In this document: piece by piece, positions 20,251 to 27,414 of the stretch | Position numbering within the stretch: position 1 is the first letter of the stretch | Layout of the letters: each line of letters starts with the position of its first letter | Assembly: GCF_006345805.1 (NCBI RefSeq) | Contig: NW_021833572.1 | Span: forward strand, 1-27,414 | DNA: 27,414 nt | DNA from: Octopus sinensis | Lineage: Eukaryota | Direction: 5' to 3' | Program-made: the position numbers and the translations under genes | Notes under the pieces: model-generated | Seen by the model: the letters and a program-made list of their open reading frames with translations, nothing else | What the model was told of the DNA's origin: nothing | The model's database searches: none

Positions 20251-20694
20251 TTAGCAGCACAAATCATTTTCGTCGCTGAGAGCATGATAGTTCTGGACTG
20301 ATATTTGAATGGGAGAAATGAAGATCTGACTTAGAAAAAATCCAACCAAAACGGCCGAGCACAGATAATAGTTGAGAGACATGAATATTAACATTAAAAT
20401 GTAATTTATTCCGAGTCGAATTGTGAGAATTGCGGATTTGCCCAAATGAAACAAGGATTTCAGTGTTTGAACATAGCGATAATTTATTTTACCGAATCTG
20501 CCGTATTTAAACGTCACAATTTTTCTAAACAAGCAGCAACTCTGATAACATTGTTAGAAACACCGTTGCGAAAATTGCGAGCCATAGGTCTTCAAATTAA
20601 ATGCAGGAATAATACGTTTTTGTGATTGCAGAGTGAACCTTTGAAAAAATAAAGTAATTCCTTTCCATTTTGTATTGAATAACATGATTTCCAT
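20251..20694 (-). CDS. Ctr/SLC31-family copper transporter (~138 aa); one 26-nt intron and an unresolved frame break near 20527-20530
   Basis: ATG 20694; intron 20615-20590. TM1 LWLAIFATVFLTMLSE; TM2 NYILMLIFM (MxxxM); TM3 NYYLCSAVLVGFFLS; C-terminal CC. The frame shifts after SELLLV. Confidence 0.75.
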
Positions 20695-20894
20695 CAGAAA
20701 AATTAATTGAATGTGACACAGTTAATTTTTTAAGTAAAAAAATACTATTTAAATTATAAATAATTAAAATATTGTGAGATACAAATATGTCGCGTTCTAT
20801 GTCTATACTGGCAAAATCCTTTGCCCTTATAATTAGTCAATAATGGGGAAACAGTCCAAAATGATGGGGTCCTTCAATAATTTTAAAAATCCAA

Positions 20895-21170
20895 CGTATT
20901 AAGAATATCCTCGATGATGAGGTCCTTAGAACCTTTTTGCCAAAAAATTATTTTCGGCATTTTAGTTAAAATCAACAACAAAGATGTCCTCGATTCACAG
21001 ATGAGATCCTTAAAACCTTTCCCACCAAAAATTTTTTTACATTTTGGCTAAATAGAAAAATGTGAATGTCATCGACTCTGATGATGAGGTCAATTAAAAC
21101 CTTTTAAACAAAAAATTAAAGAATTATTTTCAATATGTTAATAAAAACGACAGCGAGAATGTGAGCAATT
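20895..21170 (+). repeat. Degenerate inverted copies of the Helitron-internal ~95-bp repeat and its flank
   Basis: ~2.5 decayed units gatgaggtcctta.aacc...cattt.gttaaaat...gatgtcctcga. acgtattaagaatatcc and aaaacgacagcgagaat match the reverse complement of 24814-24855. Confidence 0.75.
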
Positions 21171-21289
21171 AGGTGCTCTTAATTATTCGTGATAAAAAAT
21201 CAATTTTCCTAGGATTTTCACTTTAAAATTAAATTTCATATATCTTTATTGACCATGAATCAAAATTAAAGATATTATCATAATTGACC

Positions 21290-21667
21290 TTGACGGTGTT
21301 ACCTGTGCGGACACATTTGCTCCAGGGACCGTTATTCAGTCTGCGTCGTTTCCTGGCTTCGCGTCTCACCGGGCCGAGGAAACCAAACGAAGAAGTACGC
21401 ACCCCTTCCTGACGCGTACAACTTTGTCCCAATTGCGGTGGAGAGAGGTGGTGTGATTGGGCCGGCCAGGAAGAGGATTCTGTCTATAATTAGGAAACTG
21501 GTCGGAAAGAAAACCTTTGACCACCGGGAAACCAGCCGGCTGTACCAGAGAATATTTATAGCAATCTTACCAGGTAATTCGTTTGCTATTCGCGATGGAG
21601 CACTGGGAAATCCCAATTGTTTTCCCTTTCTATACTTTGGAATAATAAATTTATATTACAAAAAAAG
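21290..21667 (+). mobile_element. CRE-like 3' fragment, copy 5
   Basis: VTCADTFA...AEETK, KY...FVPIAVERGG, YQRIFIAILPGNS; short A-run near 21660-21667. Confidence 0.8.
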
Positions 21668-21944
21668 TTACCATAATGCTTTTTTTCTTCGATTTAAACT
21701 TTATTTAAATCAGAATGTGTTTTATAAAACAAAAAACACTCTTCTGGAGAAATGGCCATTGAAAGCTTACTTGCAAACGACGCTACACGCAATAAATTTT
21801 GTAAAAAGTCGACACATTTGTCCAAATATTCACCTGAGGATAATTGTTACAATCAATAGAAATAAAAGACGAAATATTGCATTCTATTAATACGTTATGA
21901 GTGTGTTCCGAGTCGATCGTTTCGATAATGATGGGTATGCAATG

Positions 21945-22610
21945 TAGACTACACTTAATTCTGGCGTAGCTGGTCTAAGATCTGTTTTGGATTTTACCCT
22001 ACCGGCCTTTCTGTCCTCTCACTTATCCTTCTAAAGGTAATCCTGAGAGATTCTACATAAATCCCCCGAATCGTATTTGGACAAGTTTTTTGAAGATCGG
22101 TGTATACTGTGGAAGGATTCAGGATTAAATTTTAACTCCAAACATCACTCCAACGGAGGTGGGACAATTTATGGTGCAAATCCACCTCAAACAATTTTGC
22201 AATGAGGCTTGACCAGCATCGCCTCACCTTTTTACGCTCTGCAGCTGTGCCACACAACGGGTATGGCTGAATACTATCTCAATTGCTGGTCTCGGAACAT
22301 TATTAGAGGATGACTGCATACGCATCGGTACTGTTCCGAGACTCGGACTTGACATCGGCAAACAACATTGTTGCAGATGTGGAAAAATGGTCGACGATTC
22401 ACCCACTTTTTTGCAAATAAAGTGCTGTGAGAACTACTCGGGACTCCGCTGCCAATGTTATCTTACGAGCTATTGAATCAGCGAGCTTCCCTTCGGTGCC
22501 AGAGCCAGTGGGTATAGATCGTGGAGATGAGAAAAGATTCGATGGATGACCACCAATCCTTACTCCTCCGGAAATTCGTTGGTTTGAGATCAATGTGTTT
22601 TGACTCCCAT
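21945..22610 (+). mobile_element. CRE-like fragment, copy 6 (degenerate; missed by the ORF track)
   Basis: GLRSVLDFTLPAFLSS, QRRWDNLW, WLNT...RIG..RLGLD..CRCG, IHPLFC, ANVILRAI, EPVGIDRGDEKRFDGMT. Colinear with copy 1. Confidence 0.8.
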
Positions 22611-22657
22611 TCCAAAACAAACATGGTCTTTTCGAATGTTTCCGAATGTTTCTCCAG

Positions 22658-22732
22658 AAACTTATAGTTGTTTGATGAAATATGCCCCCGCAGGAGCTAG
22701 GTCGCGGTAACCAAAGCGAGCTGCTGAGCTAG
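22658..22732 (+). mobile_element. Isolated Helitron 3' terminus (CTAG|T)
   Basis: 75-bp inverted copy (7 differences) of 23603-23678, ending gagCTAG followed by T. Confidence 0.8.
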
Positions 22733-22739
22733 TATTTAT

Positions 22740-22900
22740 TATTTGAAGAACTTTGTTTTAAATCGGCTTTTGAGAGATTCTACAAACAGAAAATAGAACG
22801 GAGTTTAAGAATAATGCTCCAGATTCCTTCTGCCTTAAAAACAAAATTAAGCATATATATGGAAGCAAATAAAAAACATAGACCCTTGATTTTAATAAAT
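22740..22900 (+). pseudogene. Second rve-integrase relic
   Basis: EILQTENRTEFKNN...FCLKNKIKHIYGS resembles LQTDNGxEFxN...IKH. Confidence 0.45.
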
Positions 22901-23225
22901 TCTTTATTGTTGGAATGGGAACTAATATGACTCTTCAAAATCACCTATCTAAAATACAAAAAATAATCATTCAACCGGATAAATTAATTATGAGAAGAGC
23001 GATATTGGATGCCCTTTTTCTACAAGTCTGGCATCACTTGGTTAGTTGTCAGTTTTTCCCTTTTGTCTCTTTAACCAGACAATCTTGGGTAATGAAATAA
23101 ATAATCACAAAAAATAAACATTTTTAGAAATGGCTAAGATAGAAATCAAACCAATCCACATGTCGTGAATATGAAATAAAACATCCCGATAGCTTGTGAA
23201 CATTTAAGCAATAATTATTTATTAC

Positions 23226-23572
23226 TAGGGCAACCACAAAGTTGACCTAAAAAAAGCAAAAATTGACCTCCATAAAGTCAACAAAATTGATTCAAAAAAG
23301 ATGAAAGTTGACCAGAATGTAGACCTAAAAAAGTTTTTCAGATAATTTTTATGCAATAATTTTTTCTAGAAACATGAATTATATAGAATCATATAATATT
23401 TGACGTTTTCAGTTTTAAAATTTCGGTCTTTGGCCAAAATTTTATGAAGAACTGAAAACGAGCGCTCTACTGAAACGTAGTGGCCGTGGCCTGAACTGGA
23501 GTAGTTGAAACTTTTCCAAAGGCAAAAAATTCCATCTCCGTTAACAATTTTTAAAATTTCATTCGTGTTCAA
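23226..23572 (-). mobile_element. hAT-like transposase C-terminal remnant with putative terminus
   Basis: SVERSFSVLHKILAKDRNFKTENVK resembles the hAT dimerisation motif. TAGGG at 23226 with repeated TTGACC-like subterminal motifs. Confidence 0.55.
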
Positions 23573-23714
23573 TCTCTTTTCGATATATTCATTTATTTTA
23601 AACTAGCTCGGCAGCTCGCTTCGCTCACCGCGACCTAGCTCCTGCGGAGGGCCTGTTTCATCAAACAACTATAAGTTTATGTAGATGTATAAAACTACCT
23701 GGTTTAATGTAACC

Positions 23715-24180
23715 CTATTCTATCGCCTGTTGATAAACGATGTTTGTCGTCCGTCCTTCCTTGGCATATATGAATAAATTTTCTCTTCTGCCTACCCTCG
23801 AGCATCCCACATACAGCTGTCCATGTGAAAAGCACTCACTCTCTAAAAATAACCAACTACCTTTAATGACTGTCCCTGGGCCTTGTTTATTGTCATTGCA
23901 AAACTCATCCTCAAAGGAAATTGCAGCCTTTTAAATCTAAATGGTAATTCATCAGAAATTATCGGAATTCGTGGAATATAAACATCCTCACCTCTATACT
24001 TACCTGTTAATATCGTCGCCTCTATTACGTTAGCCATCAATTTTTGATAACTAACCTCGTTCCGTTGCATAATTTAGGTGGCGCAAGATTTCGTAATAAA
24101 ACCACTGGAACGCCTATCTTTAACTTTAAAAGATGATTGGGCATTCCAGAGGGATCTAAGAGTTTAAAAATTCAATCCGG
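23715..24180 (-). pseudogene. Helitron PIF1-like helicase C-terminal fragment
   Basis: LDPSGMPNHLLKLKIGVPVVLLRNL...[52 protein letters not shown]. Three -1 frameshifts. Confidence 0.92.
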
Positions 24181-24872
24181 TTGAATTTTTAGAAAATAAC
24201 AAAAAAATAAAAAAAAAAACAAATAAAAATAAATAATTTAAAAACAAAAAAATAAAAAAAACAAAAAAAAACTTTAAAAATTTGTAAAATAGAACAAAAA
24301 AAATCTCTGCCGCCACCCGGCAACAACCTGTCTAATTTTTTAACAGCCAATTAAGATAATGCGAGAGCCTTTATAGTCCAGAGATTTAGCTTAGTGACCT
24401 TGATTGGACAAACCACTGGCGGAAATGGGGCAGGCAGAAATGGGGCAGGCGGAGATGGGGCAAGCAGAGTAGCAGCAGCCATAAAAGCGACGCACAAAAG
24501 AGATTTAATTAATTACCTTAAGCTGACCGTTTTTTCTTCAGCTTCGTTTTTCCTCCTTCGGTTATCTATTTAAAAATGTGTTAATGATTGTGCTAATGTG
24601 GTTTCAACTATCAAAGTGGTTTTTCAAAATCTGTTAATTGCACACTCTATTTAAAGTCGTGCAATCTGTGATTGCACATTCTGTCAAAGTCAAATATGAT
24701 AATAGCTTTAATTTGATTCATGTCGATAATGATATATGCATTTAATTTTAAAGAGAAAAACATAGGATGAATTGAATTTCTTTATCGCGAATAATGGGAG
24801 TTCATCATTGTTAATATTCTCGCTGTCGTTTTCATCAAGGATATTCTTAATACGTGAGATTTTTGCCTGGAA

Positions 24873-26515
24873 GGTTTTAATGGACCTCATCATGAATGTC
24901 GAGGACATTCGCGTTGTTCATTTTAATCAAAATGCAGAAAATAATTTTTGATTTTTTGGCGGGAGGTTTTAAGGACCTCATCATGTAAGTCGAGGACATC
25001 GTAGTTGTTCATTTTAACCAAAATGCAGAAAATTTTTTTTTAATTTTTTTTTGGAGGGTAGGTTTTAAGGACCTCATCATGTAAGTCGAGGACATCGTAG
25101 TTGTTCATTTTAACCAAAATGCAGAAAATTTTTTTTAATTTTTTTTTGGAGGGTAGGTTTTAAGGACCTCATCATGTAAGTCGAGGACATCGTAGTTGTT
25201 CATTTTAACCAAAATGCAGAAAATTTTTTTTTAATTTTTTTTTGGAGGGTAGGTTTTAAGGACCTCATCATGTAAGTCGAGGACATCGTAGTTGTTCATT
25301 TTAACCAAAATGCAGAAAATTTTTTTTTAATTTTTTGGGGGAAGGTTTTAAAGACCTCATCATGTAAGTCGAGGATATCGTAGTTGTTCATTTAACAAAA
25401 TGCAGAAAATTTTTTTTTAATTTTTTTTTGGAGGGTAGGTTTTAAGGACCTCATCATGTAAGTCGAGGACATCGTAGTTGTTCATTTTAACCAAAATGCA
25501 GAAAATTTTTTTTTAATTTTTTTGGGGGGAAGGTTTTAAAGACCTCATCATGTAAGTCGAGGACATCGTAGTTGTTCATTTTAACCAAAATGCAGAAAAT
25601 TTTTTTTTAATTTTTTTTTGGAGGGTAGGTTTTAAGGACCTCATCATGTAAGTCGAGGACATCGTAGTTGTTCATTTTAACCAAAATGCAGAAAATTTTT
25701 TTTTAATTTTTTTTTGGAGGGTAGGTTTAAGGACCTCATCATGTAAGTCGAGGACATCGTAGTTGTTCATTTTAACCAAAATGCAGAAAATTTTTTTTTA
25801 ATTTTTTTTTGGAGGGTAGGTTTTAAGGACCTCATCATGTAAGTCGAGGACATCGTAGTTGTTCATTTTAACCAAAATGCAGAAAATTTTTTTTTAATTT
25901 TTTTTTGGAGGGTAGGTTTTAAGGACCTCATCATGTAAGTCGAGGACATCGTAGTTGTCATTTTAACCAAAATGCAGAAAATTTTTTTTAATTTTTTTGG
26001 GGGGAAGGTTTTAAAGACCTCATCATGTAAGTCGAGGATATCGTAGTTGTTCATTTTAACCAAAATGCAGAAAATTTTTTTTTAATTTTTTTGGGGGGAA
26101 GGTTTTAAGGACCTCATCATGTAAGTCGAGGATATCGTAGTTGTTCATTTTAACCAAAATGCAGAAAATTTTTTTTTAATTTTTTTGGGGGAAGGTTTTA
26201 AGGACCTCATCATGTAAGTCGAGGACATCGTAGTTGTTCATTTTGACCAAAATGCAGAAAATTTTTTTTAATTTTTTTGGGGGGAAGGTTTTAAGGACCT
26301 CATCATGTAAGTCGAGGATATCGTAGTTGTTCATTTTAACCAAAATGCAGAAAATTTTTTTTAATTTTTTTGGGGGGAAGGTTTTAAGGACCTCATCATG
26401 TAAGTCGAGGACATCGTAGTTGTTCATTTTGACCAAAATGCAGAAAATTTTTTTTTAATTTTTTTGGGGGGGGGAAGGTTTTAAGGACCTCATCATGTAA
26501 GTCGAGGACATCGTA
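24873..26515. repeat. Tandem array, ~18 units of 91-97 bp
   Basis: Unit ggttttaaggacctcatcatgtaagtcgaggacatcgtagttgttcattttaaccaaaatgcagaaaa(t)naa(t)n-ggagggta/ggggaa; counted at 18 gacctcat anchors. Confidence 0.97.
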
Positions 26516-26537
26516 TTGCCAATTTGAAGTTGGTGTG

Positions 26538-26579
26538 CACACACAGACAGACAGACAGAAAGACAGACAGACACACACC
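26538..26579. repeat. (CA)/(GACA)n compound microsatellite near the Helitron 5' end
   Basis: cacacacagacagacagacagaaagacagacagacacacac. Confidence 0.9.
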
Positions 26580-26603
26580 ATACCATTTTATTATTAAGAT
26601 GTA

Positions 26604-27414
26604 CAGTAGACTATTCATTTAACGAAAATGAAAATTGAGCATTCGTTAAATGAATTTAACGAAAAAAATTGTTTAATTAAAAATGTGTCATGTAATCGGT
26701 AATTTTAGGTTCCTTCTTTTTAATTTTTGCCAATATATTTCTCAAATTTGTAATTAGGTGAATATGTTCACCAGATTCTTGCAAAAAATATTTTTCAATA
26801 TTATTCAAATATTTAAGTGCATCTGCATAACCAATGGGATTGTCATTTGTGCTATCTATTTCTTCATGCTCATTTTCTTCCTCACATTGTATTGTATCAA
26901 GATACGCGTTTTCTTCGCAGACGACAGGTGTACAGACAGGAAACTCAATCATAATTTCACTTTTATTATCTTTAATTGTAAGGTGATTTAAATTTAATAC
27001 CTTTTTCGTCAGTGGATTCTTCAAGTATTTTTTCATCTATCTTCGCCCAATTATTTAATGCCTTGTGTTAAAGCAATTTTTGATAGTGTCCACTGTGACT
27101 TCGTTCCAAGTTTCAATAATTAAAGGTAGAGCATTCACTAATTTGAATTTGGTAAGTTCATCTGTATATGACAATGTTCCTATATTTGTTCCCATACTCA
27201 AATTTCTAGTCATTCCTTTTTATACAACGATTTAAATGAATGCACAATCCCTTGATCAATTGGTTGAATCTTAGATGTTGTCTTTAGAGGAAGAAAATAC
27301 AATTCGATATTACTGAATTCGCCATCAAAATAGTGACATGGCGCATTATCTAAAAGAAGCAAAATCTTCTATTTTCCACACTCATTTTGGAATTTAACCG
27401 TTCAACCCAGTTTT
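26604..27414 (-). mobile_element. Tigger/pogo-like element, 3' part with terminal inverted repeat; runs off the window
   Basis: KILLLLDNAPCH, FLP..TTS.IQP.DQGIV, KITDY across frameshifts. TA|CAGTAGAC terminus at 26602-26611; subterminal inverted pair ttcatttaacgaa/ttcgttaaatgaa. Confidence 0.8.

Larger units (their letters stand above)
23603..26599 (-). mobile_element. Non-autonomous Helitron (2997 bp)
   Basis: 5' A|TCttaataataaaa followed by a (GTCT)n microsatellite. 3' GC-rich hairpin region containing GCGAAGC, then CTAG|T. Internal PIF1 helicase fragment and tandem array; A/T insertion site, no TSD. Confidence 0.8.

Noticed and set aside
21298-21673. gttacc as TSD of CRE copy 5
   Set aside because: Only 6 bp, and the left copy lies within the coding motif VTC.
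24873-26515. CRISPR-like regular array
   Set aside because: Units are near-identical along their whole length with no unique spacers, there are no cas genes, and the context is eukaryotic.
25863-26581. Repetitive ORFs (MVKMNNYDILDLHDEV...)
   Set aside because: Translations of the tandem array; the frame changes with T-run length.
18998-27414. Two Tigger pieces as halves of one split element
   Set aside because: They are on opposite strands, and the apparent complementarity arises because the right piece is cut by the window edge.

Overview
AT-rich eukaryotic nuclear DNA using the standard code. Five host genes are reconstructed by hand: NAA20, an orphan secreted protein, MED19, RSPH14 and a Ctr copper transporter. 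Together they carry 14 GT-AG introns of only 22-28 nt. A metazoan-type MED19, a motile-cilium gene and such tiny introns suggest a dicyemid-like animal (inference). The rest is nested mobile DNA: three Vingi/Ingi-like APE-RT retrotransposons, six 3' fragments of CRE-like RLE retrotransposons, Tc1, two Tigger/pogo remnants, a hAT MITE and remnant, integrase relics, and a 3.0-kb Helitron carrying an 18-copy ~95-bp tandem array. The main finding is the TSD-bounded 3.3-kb element at 977-4264. Its first nucleotide is G1 of a near-canonical HDV-like ribozyme fold. The ORF starts inside that fold and runs through a viral-type 2A StopGo motif (DVEQNPGP) into APE-RT. All three Vingi-like elements carry a 2A-like motif, and a second one keeps the 3' half of the same ribozyme framework. 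All identifications come from manual reading and motif recall; no searches or folding programs were run.
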